A stretch of DNA of 64,000 bases from a virus. The stretch covers positions 1-64,000 of the IMG/VR virus record IMGVR_UViG_3300017917_001271; one strand, given 5' to 3'. The translations under genes and the position numbers were made by a program. The notes below the pieces were generated by a model. The model saw nothing but the letters and a program-made list of their open reading frames with translations, was not told the origin of the DNA and searched no databases. Positions 7,963 to 17,359 of this stretch are shown here, piece by piece (positions within the stretch are counted from its first letter, which is position 1; each line of letters begins with the position of its first letter).

Positions 7963-8220
7963 TTAATCTTGAGCCTTTCTTTTTTGTTTACGTTCTGCTA
8001 ACTGTGCTTCCTTGGTCACAGCCCAGCGTCTAACTATGTCTCTGCGAGCTATGCAGACCTTGCGTATGTCGCTGAGCACTTGTCGTAGTTCAATTGAACT
8101 CTGCTTGGTAGCACGGTTGATCCATTTTTGATTGGCTTCAAAGTAGATACGAAACAGACGCAAAAGTTCTGCGTGTAGTTCCTCATCTTGATAGTCAACC
8201 GGCTCTACCTTTTTGCTCAT
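7963..8220 (-). CDS. Small basic helical protein (possibly Hc1/histone-H1-like DNA binding)
   Basis: 85 aa, K/R-rich; TKQSSIELRQVLSDIRKVC loosely resembles the Hc1-like pattern. Confidence 0.5.
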   Translation of the reverse strand: MSKKVEPVDYQDEELHAELLRLFRIYFEANQKWINRATKQSSIELRQVLSDIRKVCIARRDIVRRWAVTKEAQLAERKQKRKAQD

Positions 8221-9998
8221 TCTTCTATGACCTCTAAGTCCGTAGCATAGCTGGTAAAGCCATTTTCCTTAATAACTTTTAGTACTGTGTTGACACGACC
8301 TATCAGTTCGTCCTTGTGACTGATTAAGAAGATGTTCTTTTTGCGTTCACGCGACATTTTCTTCAGCACACTGAGCGCACTTTCAACGCCTGACGCATCC
8401 AAGCCGTTGTCTACCAGCTCGTCAACAAACAGTAAGTTGATGTTTTGATATAAACTTTCCCATACATCACGGAAGGCCCAGGACAATCCAAGGATCAAAC
8501 GATTGCGCTCGCCTCTACTCAAGTTATCAAAGTCTAGATCCTGTCCTAGCTGTGTGATCTCAACATTAAGATCATTCATAAACGTCACAGTATGCGGCAA
8601 ACCCATCTTATCCAAGTAGTAGGTAAGTCTATTATTGAGATAGGCCAAGTTTTGATCAATGATTTTCTTACGAATAAATGAATCTTTTGACGTCAACAGC
8701 TTGAGCAAGAACTCCTGATGCTCCTTGAGACTGTTTAATTCATTGACAGTATCCCAAGAAATTTCCACTAGAGCTGTGTTCATTAGCTCTTCAATTTGTT
8801 CTTGATAAGGATCTACTTCGCCCGCACGTACGGTTAACTGTGTTTCCAGTGTTTTAAGATTGTTTTGATGTTTGAGTGCTTCTTCTACAGTATCGTAGTA
8901 GGTGTTAGGCTTGCTGCTTACTTCGCCTATAGCATCGATTTCGCCTTGTATCTTGCTGAGGTCTGCCTGCACTTTGGCATGATATTTTTTAGCTTCATCT
9001 AAATGTTCTTGGGCCCGAGTGGTCAACTCCTCATGCTTATGGTCATGTAGCTGTTGTTCACAAGCGTGACAGGTCTTGTTAGCCAACTTGGCAAGCTCGC
9101 CGTCATACTTCGTGACGCTTCGCTCTGCTTGCGCTATCGCGCTTTCTAACGTAGCACGTTCCTTATTCAGCGAGCGCAGCTTCGCTGTCTTTTCTTCAAA
9201 AACTTTCAGCTCGCTGTGCTTCGCAAGCTCAGCTTCTATATCTACGCTCTCTAGTTCTATGATCGCGCGACCGATCTTTTCAAGATCGCCGTCTCTTTGA
9301 GTATTCCAAGCGGTCTGTTTTGTAATTAGACTGTCAATACTCTTTTGAATGCCTTCATTACTACGCTTAGTTGCTTCAATGTTAGCATTCTCTTGTGTAA
9401 TAGATTCTTTAGTTTGACGAATTAGTTCTTTAAGTGTTTCTGCTTTTTCACTTAGTATAGTAATACCTAACAACTGTTCGATAATTGCACGTTGGTCGTT
9501 AGCCCTCATACTTAAGAATGGTTCTGTATAGGTGTTCAATGCAACAATATGCTTGAACATATCGTGACTCATGCCCAGAAGTTCATCTAAGTCCTTCTGA
9601 GTTTCACGCATATCGCCCTGAGCATCATCAGTTTCGCCAGTTTCTTGAGCTTCGTCGTTAACATAGAACTGCAAGATGTTAGGTTTACGTCCTCGCTCAA
9701 TGCGATACATCTGTCCGTCTTTTTCAAACGACAGAGTAACCAGCATGTTCTTATTGTTAATTTTATTAATTAAGTTATCTTTTTTGATGTTAGTCAGTGC
9801 TTGACCAAAAATAGCATAGCTTAATGCGTTGACAATAGTAGTCTTACCTGTGCCGTTACGACTACCACTGTCGTCTCCGCCCATGTCTAGGTTTTCACCT
9901 AGCACCAATGTCAAATGTTCTTTGCTAAAATCCACAGCTTGGGTTTGATTACCCACGCTCATGAAGTTTTTAACTGTAAGTTCTTTTATTTTTATCAT
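8217..9998 (-). CDS. gp46: Recombination endonuclease ATPase subunit (gp46/SbcC/Rad50)
   Basis: Walker A NGTGKTT, coiled coil with CHAC zinc hook, LSRGE signature, Walker B LLFVDE, ISH. Confidence 0.95.
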   Translation of the reverse strand: MIKIKELTVKNFMSVGNQTQAVDFSKEHLTLVLGENLDMGGDDSGSRNGTGKTTIVNALSYAIFGQALTNIKKDNLINKINNKNMLVTLSFEKDGQMYRIERGRKPNILQFYVNDEAQETGETDDAQGDMRETQKDLDELLGMSHDMFKHIVALNTYTEPFLSMRANDQRAIIEQLLGITILSEKAETLKELIRQTKESITQENANIEATKRSNEGIQKSIDSLITKQTAWNTQRDGDLEKIGRAIIELESVDIEAELAKHSELKVFEEKTAKLRSLNKERATLESAIAQAERSVTKYDGELAKLANKTCHACEQQLHDHKHEELTTRAQEHLDEAKKYHAKVQADLSKIQGEIDAIGEVSSKPNTYYDTVEEALKHQNNLKTLETQLTVRAGEVDPYQEQIEELMNTALVEISWDTVNELNSLKEHQEFLLKLLTSKDSFIRKKIIDQNLAYLNNRLTYYLDKMGLPHTVTFMNDLNVEITQLGQDLDFDNLSRGERNRLILGLSWAFRDVWESLYQNINLLFVDELVDNGLDASGVESALSVLKKMSRERKKNIFLISHKDELIGRVNTVLKVIKENGFTSYATDLEVIEE

Positions 9999-11008
9999 AG
10001 GCTATTATAAATCGCTAGTAGCGTATTCTTATTATATGTTTCACTTTCGATATTCACAAGCTGACTGGATACTATCTGATCAACGCTTTCGAAACTTTGA
10101 ACATCGATATCAGTATTGATCTCTACAGCTTTGCGTTCGGTAATCAGTGTCAGTTCTCGAATCTCATACTGACTCATGAAGTTTTCTTTGATAAAACTTG
10201 CTTCTTCGTAGCTGATATCAATGTCCAGTGTTACACGTAGATGTTGTTTGGGCAGTATTAGCGTGTCTGCTTCGTCAATTAATCGACTTAATGTTACAGT
10301 TCTAAATGTAGGTTGCTTGGGCCAAGCATGATATTCTGGTTGCTTTCCCCATTCTAATATCATCATGCCACGTTCGTCATCCCACGCATCTGCATAATTG
10401 TGTGGAAATGCATTACCAATGTAGTGCATATTGCCTTTGTTCTGACGTTTATGAAAGTGTCCGCTAAAGCCCATCTCGTATCCTTGGAAAGCATCCAATT
10501 GGATTTCGCCATGATCTGGCATCTGCACCATGGCATTCATATAGAAGTGCGGTAGCTCAAAGTGTCCAAAGATATATTTGGCTTTCTTTTTACCTATTTG
10601 CTTCCATTCTTCTCCGACAAGCCACGGACACATGGTAACATCTCCTTCGGTAATCGGCTGATGGACCACAGTAATACCAGGAATATACTTGCCAAACTCA
10701 ACACTATGGATATCTCGTTTGTCTTTGTAATACAAATCATGATTGCCAGGGAAAAAGTAAAATGCATCAAACGCCTTACCCAGCTTCTCCAAGGCCCGCA
10801 AGCTATAGTCCATAGTAGTGATATTAAGACTATTACGATTATGGTGCCAATCTCCCATAAAAATTCCTGTATCACAGCCTTCCTCCTTTGCTTTTGCAAT
10901 GTACCAATCTACAAAGTCTTCGCAGTCTTGATTGTGTACGTGACTGTTAGACTTCAAACCAAAGTGTATGTCTGTAAAACAGGCAACTTTCTTAAAAAGA
11001 TTACTCAT
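9995..11008 (-). CDS. gp47: Recombination endonuclease nuclease subunit (gp47/SbcD/Mre11)
   Basis: Metallophosphoesterase motifs TDIHFG, GDWHH, GNHD, GHF, SGHFH. Confidence 0.95.
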   Translation of the reverse strand: MSNLFKKVACFTDIHFGLKSNSHVHNQDCEDFVDWYIAKAKEEGCDTGIFMGDWHHNRNSLNITTMDYSLRALEKLGKAFDAFYFFPGNHDLYYKDKRDIHSVEFGKYIPGITVVHQPITEGDVTMCPWLVGEEWKQIGKKKAKYIFGHFELPHFYMNAMVQMPDHGEIQLDAFQGYEMGFSGHFHKRQNKGNMHYIGNAFPHNYADAWDDERGMMILEWGKQPEYHAWPKQPTFRTVTLSRLIDEADTLILPKQHLRVTLDIDISYEEASFIKENFMSQYEIRELTLITERKAVEINTDIDVQSFESVDQIVSSQLVNIESETYNKNTLLAIYNSL

Positions 11009-11837
11009 CTGTACTCTCCGTGTGTCGTTTTAGAGCTGCTTCGTGCTCGCCCTGGCCGGTTCTTGTGTAACTTGGGTTCATCCCGTTCATTTCTAAAATA
11101 TCGTCTCGAATGTTTTGATTACGTTTTTCAATGTTGATAACTCTAACGAATGAATTAGTAACAGCAGCAGTAAAGTAAGCAAAAGGATTATCTGATTTGC
11201 TTTCATCGAATTGTAGTCCTATTTGTGTTAGTTGTAAAATAGCTTGACCCTTCATTTCGTCGTTATAGGTGTAGCCTCGAACGTTGCCGCGTGTAGCATA
11301 TCTTTCGCAGAGTTTAATCATCATTCGAGCAAGATTGCTGGTTATTTGTCCAGCATCTTTATCAAACTTGCCTGTCTTAAGTCCGCCCTTCCAATGACTT
11401 TTACCAACACAGATTAATTCATCGTTTTCATCAAACTTAAAGTGTTGGAATGGTGGAAAGTTGACTTTGTCGTGTTTGTCCGCAGTACTTTTGGGATTTT
11501 TCTTACGTCCAACATTAGTAGGGATATGTTCAAACGTCATAATTCTAAAAATTAAATCAGCCTTAGGAATTTTTTTATAATCGACTGCACAGTCGGCTTG
11601 TTTTACCTTTTCTCCTGCAGCTTTACGTTTAGCGTATTCTTCATCGCCTAGACGTTTAGCTTTGTTTCGTTTTGCTTCAGCAATAGTTCGTATATTAATT
11701 TTGTCTACGCTGGGCAGGATAATGTCGTACTGATGGTATTCTGGTTTGGTAAAACTACAGTATGAGCTTTTCGACTTGTGTATTTCTAATAGTAAATCTT
11801 TGTTGTTTAAGTAGTTAATCTTTGGTGCAATCGTCAT
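11001..11837 (-). CDS. gp55: Late-transcription sigma factor, T4 gp55-like
   Basis: YLNNKDLL, RGYTYNDEM and FDESKSDNPFAYFT motifs; next to gp47; TAAATA boxes precede the structural genes. Confidence 0.8.
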   Translation of the reverse strand: MTIAPKINYLNNKDLLLEIHKSKSSYCSFTKPEYHQYDIILPSVDKINIRTIAEAKRNKAKRLGDEEYAKRKAAGEKVKQADCAVDYKKIPKADLIFRIMTFEHIPTNVGRKKNPKSTADKHDKVNFPPFQHFKFDENDELICVGKSHWKGGLKTGKFDKDAGQITSNLARMMIKLCERYATRGNVRGYTYNDEMKGQAILQLTQIGLQFDESKSDNPFAYFTAAVTNSFVRVINIEKRNQNIRDDILEMNGMNPSYTRTGQGEHEAALKRHTESTDE

Positions 11838-11860
11838 TTAATCATGTCTCCGGATTATTA

Positions 11861-11889
11861 AGTATAAACTACGTATATTATAAAGTCAA
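11861..11889 (-). promoter_or_regulatory. Sigma70-type promoter for the gp55-gp47-gp46 unit
   Basis: TTGACT (11889-11884), 17 bp, TATACT (11866-11861). Confidence 0.7.
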
Positions 11890-11896
11890 ATAAATA
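11889..11896 (+). promoter_or_regulatory. Late promoter AATAAATA for the baseplate operon
   Basis: Box upstream of the AAGGA SD and the ATG at 11920. Confidence 0.6.
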
Positions 11897-11919
11897 TATT
11901 ACCAAAAGGAAAAATAGAT

Positions 11920-12927
11920 ATGGCTTTTACATCTGGTAATAGTAGTTTTGTTAGTAAAGTATCTGCGGGCGCCGCAGTCTTTGGTGCAGCCACACAGGCA
12001 GTTAGTACCGCCAGTGCAATTGGTTCTGCAATACAAGGGGTAACAGAAGCTGGTAGCGTAGCAGGTGCTATTAGGTCAATAAATTTACCTGCGGGAGGCG
12101 AAGCAATTGGCGACATTGCCAGTGCTATTACTGCTTTCCAAGGTGATCCATACGCAAACGACTGGCGTGTCAGATTAAGTCTCCCAAATTGGTCTAGTTT
12201 TAGATCTAGTCCAGTATTGAAACCTTTAAAGGATGCAGGCGGATTAGTATTTCCGTTTACACCAAAGATTACAATTAAATCTAGTGCCAAGTATTCCCCT
12301 GAAAATATAGTACATGCCAATTATCCTGTTAATGCTTATAAGAACAGCGATCCAGGCGCAATTGAAATTACTGCTAGTATGGCAGTTGAAGACGCAGGAC
12401 AGGCACTATATTGGATTGCAGCGGTTCATTATTTACGTTCTATAACAAAAATGTTCACTGGTTTTGATCCAAAAGCCGGTAACCCTCCGCCAGTGGTCTA
12501 CTTAAACGGTTACGGCAACTATGTTTTTAAAAATGTTCCTGTGGCTGTTCAAAGTTTTAACTGCACATTGCCGTCAGAAGTTGATTATATTCATTGTGAT
12601 GTTGTTGGTAGTGCTGCAGGCAATATTGCAGGACTGGCTGATTCTATTAGCGGACTAGCAGATACACTTGGCGGTTCAATACCGGGTGTGTCTAGAAGTA
12701 GCGTAGAAGGATTTAGCGCCATTGCTGGTGGTATTGGCCAAGTAGCAGGCTTATTAGGCACTTTTGGTATAGGCGGAACTACAGGCGGAGGCAAGGCCTA
12801 TGTTCCAACTAAGAGCGAATTCAGTATTACATTACTACCAATGTACAGCAGAACTTCTATGCGTAAGTTCAGTCTTGATAGATTTGTGACTGGTTCTTAT
12901 TTAAATAATGCCTTTGGATACATTTAA
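11920..12927 (+). CDS. Tail tube initiator/baseplate protein (gp48/gp54-like)
   Basis: GLVFPFTP, HYLRSITKMF and GNPPPVVYLNGYG...NVPV pattern; first gene of the baseplate operon. Confidence 0.6.
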   Translation: MAFTSGNSSFVSKVSAGAAVFGAATQAVSTASAIGSAIQGVTEAGSVAGAIRSINLPAGGEAIGDIASAITAFQGDPYANDWRVRLSLPNWSSFRSSPVLKPLKDAGGLVFPFTPKITIKSSAKYSPENIVHANYPVNAYKNSDPGAIEITASMAVEDAGQALYWIAAVHYLRSITKMFTGFDPKAGNPPPVVYLNGYGNYVFKNVPVAVQSFNCTLPSEVDYIHCDVVGSAAGNIAGLADSISGLADTLGGSIPGVSRSSVEGFSAIAGGIGQVAGLLGTFGIGGTTGGGKAYVPTKSEFSITLLPMYSRTSMRKFSLDRFVTGSYLNNAFGYI

Positions 12928-12929
12928 TC

Positions 12930-13232
12930 ATGACTGCATTATATAATATTCTCAGTCCGTGGTACACTACAGAAGTAAAACAAAATTACTTAGATACACT
13001 ATCCATTAGACCGGTCAGTGCAGAACCCGACGACTTTCTTTATACTATTGAAAGTCAATATATGTATAGACCAGACTTGTTAGCTTATGACCTTTATGGT
13101 GATTCTCAACTATGGTGGGTGTTTATTCAACGCAACATGGATGTATTAGAAGATCCAATATTTGACTTTGTTCCTGGAAAGAAAATTTATATTCCTAAAG
13201 CAAGCGGTCTTAGAACAGTTTTAGGAGTTTAA
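12930..13232 (+). CDS. LysM-like baseplate wedge protein (gp53-like)
   Basis: YRPDLLAYDLYGDSQLWWVF...IYIP motif. Confidence 0.75.
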   Translation: MTALYNILSPWYTTEVKQNYLDTLSIRPVSAEPDDFLYTIESQYMYRPDLLAYDLYGDSQLWWVFIQRNMDVLEDPIFDFVPGKKIYIPKASGLRTVLGV

Positions 13233-13233
13233 A

Positions 13234-15411
13234 ATGGGAATTAATGTAGTAGGAGCCACGTCAAACTTAGTTTCAACGGCGGCAACACTAGGTAATAACT
13301 TTGGAGCACTTGCATCATTAGGTGTTCCTGCACCAAATATACTGTCTAACTATGCCAGTTACACATATACTATTGCGTTGCACCCTTTAAAATTTACAGA
13401 GTTAAATTTTCCTGATACATCGTATCTTCAGCAGGGAAAAGTTTTACCAATCATTTGTAAATCTGCCAATGCAGATCCTAATAATCGAGTAAGAACGCCT
13501 AACTTTGGTCAACAAGATTTTTTTATAAACAATTTAACTTTTGATACTTACATTGGCCACGGAGGTCCTAAAACAACATCTGTTGCAACAGTTCAATTTG
13601 ATGTGTACGAACCTTATAGTATAGGATTGTTTATCAATGCTTGTCAAACTGCTGCTATTGAAGCAGGATACAGTAACTGGCGAGATGCACCTTTTTTAAT
13701 TAGTGTAGAGTTTAGAGGAAATACAGAAAACGGTACACTGAAAAAAGTTCCTTTTTCTACAAGATATATTCCTATTAGATTAAGTTACATTGATATGAAA
13801 GCATCTGATCAAGGTACACGATACCTAATCAATGCTTATGCAACACAGGGTATTGCTCTTACTACTGAATTTGCTACTTTAAGATCAGACACGAGCATTA
13901 AAGGAACTACTGTTCAAGAAGTTTTACAAACTGGAGAACAAAGTTTACAGGCAGTTATTAATAATAAACTACAAGAAGCCGTAAAAAATAAAACACAGAA
14001 AGTTGCAGACCAAGTTGTAATTATTTTCCCACAAGCTGACGCCGCCAGCAAACAAGTTTCTAGAGCAGCAGGCTCAACTACTACAGGGCCTAACAAGGCC
14101 TATGTTAACCCTCAAAGAAGTGAAGCAGCTGATGCAGTTTTTAAAAAGTTAGGAGTAAATCCAGCAACACTAGAACAAGCATCAGGTCAAGTTAATGAAA
14201 TTGGATCGGCGTCTTTAGGATTTGATCCATCTCGCATAGGATCTCCTCCACCAGGCAATCAACAAGATACATGGGATCCTACATTAGGCATATGGCTAAG
14301 AGGAAAATTAGTTCCTAATTACAGTGAAAACGAATTTAAGTTTACACAGTCTTTAGATATTCCAACAGTAATTAATCAAATTATTTTATCCAGCAAATAT
14401 GCAGAAACAGCATTTGCTAGTAAAGATAATAACGGTATGATTACATGGTGGCGTGTGGATACGCAAACATATTATGTAGATCCAAGAGCCAACGAATTAG
14501 AAACATCTACTGCTCCAAAGATTAATGTGTATCGTGTTGTTCCTTACAAAGTTCATATGAGTAAAGTTGCAGGCGCCGGCACAGCAGAGGTTGGTTTTGA
14601 TCAGTTAAAAGCCGCTTGCGTCAAAAGATACGACTATATTTTTACAGGTAAAAACACAGAAGTTTTAAAATTTAACATTGATTATAATGTTGGATTTGCA
14701 AATAGCTATGCATCTGATGCATTTTTAAATAGTATGGGTCTAGCAAGACCAGGACAAACTTCAGTCGGTGATAACCAAGAACAAAAAACAACATTTAAAT
14801 CGGCTCCAGCTGGCGCAGCATTCCAGCCAAACGTTGATGGCTACGGTGGTGCAAACCGTGCGCAATATAATAACGCCGCAGTTAGTAATTCTCTTCAAGG
14901 TACAGGCGGATCGGACGGCGATACGGCACTACAAATGTTAGGTAAATCTTTTCATGATGCTATAACTAATCCTTACGACATGGTCATGCTAGATTTAGAA
15001 ATACTAGGCGACCCGTATTGGTTTGCTACTAGCGGCATGGGTAACTATATTGCAGAACCTGTTCCAAATTATAAAGATCTAAACAAAGACGGAAGTGTTA
15101 ACTGGCAAACTAGTCAAGTTGATGTTATAGTTAATTTTAGAACTCCGGTTGACCTTAACCAGACTACTGGCCTTTATAACTTTAAAGGTCCTAATCACAT
15201 GGACATGACCAAGGATCCTAAAAACGGACCAGCTATTGGGTTTACTGGATTATATTGTGTAAATGTTGTAACAAATTACTTTAGAGATGGACAGTTTAGA
15301 CAAGTGCTAAAAGGTTTTAGAAGAAACGGCCAAGAATATAAGAAAATTGCTAAGAATGAAAACGTTCTTTCTTCTAAAAATCCGGGACCAGTACAACCAG
15401 GAAAACAATAA
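13234..15411 (+). CDS. Baseplate hub protein (gp27/GpD-like)
   Basis: Position between LysM and spike genes; LEILGDP and GLYCVNVVTNYFRDGQFRQVL C-terminal pattern. Confidence 0.6.
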   Translation: MGINVVGATSNLVSTAATLGNNFGALASLGVPAPNILSNYASYTYTIALHPLKFTELNFPDTSYLQQGKVLPIICKSANADPNNRVRTPNFGQQDFFINNLTFDTYIGHGGPKTTSVATVQFDVYEPYSIGLFINACQTAAIEAGYSNWRDAPFLISVEFRGNTENGTLKKVPFSTRYIPIRLSYIDMKASDQGTRYLINAYATQGIALTTEFATLRSDTSIKGTTVQEVLQTGEQSLQAVINNKLQEAVKNKTQKVADQVVIIFPQADAASKQVSRAAGSTTTGPNKAYVNPQRSEAADAVFKKLGVNPATLEQASGQVNEIGSASLGFDPSRIGSPPPGNQQDTWDPTLGIWLRGKLVPNYSENEFKFTQSLDIPTVINQIILSSKYAETAFASKDNNGMITWWRVDTQTYYVDPRANELETSTAPKINVYRVVPYKVHMSKVAGAGTAEVGFDQLKAACVKRYDYIFTGKNTEVLKFNIDYNVGFANSYASDAFLNSMGLARPGQTSVGDNQEQKTTFKSAPAGAAFQPNVDGYGGANRAQYNNAAVSNSLQGTGGSDGDTALQMLGKSFHDAITNPYDMVMLDLEILGDPYWFATSGMGNYIAEPVPNYKDLNKDGSVNWQTSQVDVIVNFRTPVDLNQTTGLYNFKGPNHMDMTKDPKNGPAIGFTGLYCVNVVTNYFRDGQFRQVLKGFRRNGQEYKKIAKNENVLSSKNPGPVQPGKQ

Positions 15412-16871
15412 TGAGTGGACCAGTAAACACTAATACCATATCACCGTCTATACCGCGCCCTAAAGAAGGCATATTCTTAGCTGAAGTAGTTGGCCACGCA
15501 GATACTACCTTCATGGGAGTAATTGAAGTTAGACTGCACAGGCCCTACGGTAACTCGCTTGCTCCAGGCCAAACATATCAAGCCAAATATATGACTCCAT
15601 TTTTTGGATCAACTCCTTATGCAGGTTTGAATCCAGTCGATGACTATGCTAATACACAAAAAAGTTATGGCATGTGGATGATTCCCCCAGATATTGGAAC
15701 AACAGTGGTTGTTATTTTTGTACAAGACGATCCAAAGTTTGGGTATTGGATAGGCTGTGTTCCTGACGAAGGAATGAATTTTTCAGTTCCAGGACTTGCC
15801 TCTACAAAATTTAATATTGATGGTAGTGGAAGAGTTCCTGTTGCTGAGTTTAACAAAAAAACAAACCCAGGCGATATCAAAGATGTCACTAAAATTAAAA
15901 AACCTAAACACTTGTTGACAGAAGTTTTAGTCGAACAAGGTCTATTAAAAGATGACATTAGGGGAATAACCACATCAAGTGCAAGGAGAGAAACACCTAG
16001 TAGTGTTTTTGGAATCAGCACACCTGGTCCTCAAGATAAAACTGGACCGACAAAAGAAGTTGGTTTAGAAAAACGCAAAGTTGTACTACCAATGAGTCGA
16101 CTAGGCGGAACCACACTAGTTATGGATGACGGTGATGACAAGTATCTAAGAAAAACATTGCCTGGAGAAGGTCCTCCAGAATATGCATCAGTTGAAAATA
16201 GAGAAACAGACGGCTTAAAGAAAGTTCCACATAACGAGCTTTTCCGTATTCGTACTAGAACAGGACATCAAATACTACTACACAACTCAGAAGATTTAAT
16301 TTACATTGGCAATGCTAAAGGAACCACTTGGATAGAATTAACTAGTAACGGAAAAATTGATATCTATGCAGAAGATAGTGTTAGCATTCACACAGAAAAA
16401 GATTTAAACATTAAAGCTGATAGAGATATTAATTTAGAAGCAGGTAGAAATTTTAATGTAAAAGCAAAAGAAACTGTACATGCCGAAGCAGGTAAAAACG
16501 TAGAAACTATGGCCATGGCAGACACTAAAATTACCAGCGGAAGTAATTCTCATATTAATAGCGGTGTAACACATAGAGAAACTGCTGGTAAAATTTACAT
16601 GAACAGTTCACTAACCGCAGAAAAAACAGTACTGCTGACACCTTGTACTGTTCCAAATAAAGAAGGTATTCAAGATTTAGAAACAATTATGATGCGTGTT
16701 CCACAACACGAGCCTTGGCCGCACCATGAAAACTTAGATCCTGTGTCGTTTAAGAATACTGATAGAGAAACTACAAAATCAATAGCAACACCAAAAGCAT
16801 ATAAAGAGTACACAACGAAAACAGATACGTTTGAGAAAATATTACCACCAGGTACGGAGAATACAGCATGA
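15411..16871 (+). CDS. Baseplate central spike (gp5/VgrG-like)
   Basis: OB-fold SYGMWMIPPDIGTTVVVIF, RTRTGHQI, beta-helix repeats, His-rich PQHEPWPHHE tip. Confidence 0.8.
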   Translation: MSGPVNTNTISPSIPRPKEGIFLAEVVGHADTTFMGVIEVRLHRPYGNSLAPGQTYQAKYMTPFFGSTPYAGLNPVDDYANTQKSYGMWMIPPDIGTTVVVIFVQDDPKFGYWIGCVPDEGMNFSVPGLASTKFNIDGSGRVPVAEFNKKTNPGDIKDVTKIKKPKHLLTEVLVEQGLLKDDIRGITTSSARRETPSSVFGISTPGPQDKTGPTKEVGLEKRKVVLPMSRLGGTTLVMDDGDDKYLRKTLPGEGPPEYASVENRETDGLKKVPHNELFRIRTRTGHQILLHNSEDLIYIGNAKGTTWIELTSNGKIDIYAEDSVSIHTEKDLNIKADRDINLEAGRNFNVKAKETVHAEAGKNVETMAMADTKITSGSNSHINSGVTHRETAGKIYMNSSLTAEKTVLLTPCTVPNKEGIQDLETIMMRVPQHEPWPHHENLDPVSFKNTDRETTKSIATPKAYKEYTTKTDTFEKILPPGTENTA

Positions 16872-17311
16872 GCAATAACTCAAAATTATACGATAAAATA
16901 ACGTTGAGCCCAAATCAACGAAATGATTTGATTGCTCCAAAAACTTACAAAGGATTTAGTACTGTAAATTCAGACACTGAAAACTTTGCGTTATATGATT
17001 TTCAGTTGATACAACAAGACTTGTTAAATCATTTTCACACTAGACAAGGCGAGCGTTTAATGAACCCAGAATTTGGGACTATTATCTGGGACTTGTTGTT
17101 TGAACCTCTAACAGATCAGCTAAAAGATCTTATTGTGCAAAACGTCAATACTATTATTAACTACGATCCTAGGATCACTGCTAGCCAAGTGTCAGTAAGT
17201 CAATACAACACTGGAATTCAATTAGAATGTGTGCTGACTTACTTGCCTTATAACATCAGTCAAAGTATGCAATTAAAGTTTGATCAGGCTAACGGACTGT
17301 TGCTAGGATAA
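16868..17311 (+). CDS. gp25: Baseplate wedge/sheath initiator gp25-like
   Basis: TRQGERLMNPEFGTIIWDLLFEP and YDPRI motifs. Confidence 0.9.
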   Translation: MSNNSKLYDKITLSPNQRNDLIAPKTYKGFSTVNSDTENFALYDFQLIQQDLLNHFHTRQGERLMNPEFGTIIWDLLFEPLTDQLKDLIVQNVNTIINYDPRITASQVSVSQYNTGIQLECVLTYLPYNISQSMQLKFDQANGLLLG

Positions 17312-17332
17312 AGTACGTATATAATTTTCTTC

Positions 17333-17340
17333 GATAAATA
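17333..17340 (+). promoter_or_regulatory. Late promoter GATAAATA
   Basis: Intergenic box upstream of the AGGA SD of the gp6-like gene. Confidence 0.6.
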
Positions 17341-17359
17341 TCGTTATATAGGATAAATC

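Noticed and set aside
10562-11137. Alternative-frame and antisense ORFs of 60-190 aa across the window (for example 10562-11137, 51291-51665, 52094-52417, 56260-56592, 63726-63986)
   Set aside because: They overlap well-supported genes and have no recognisable motifs.
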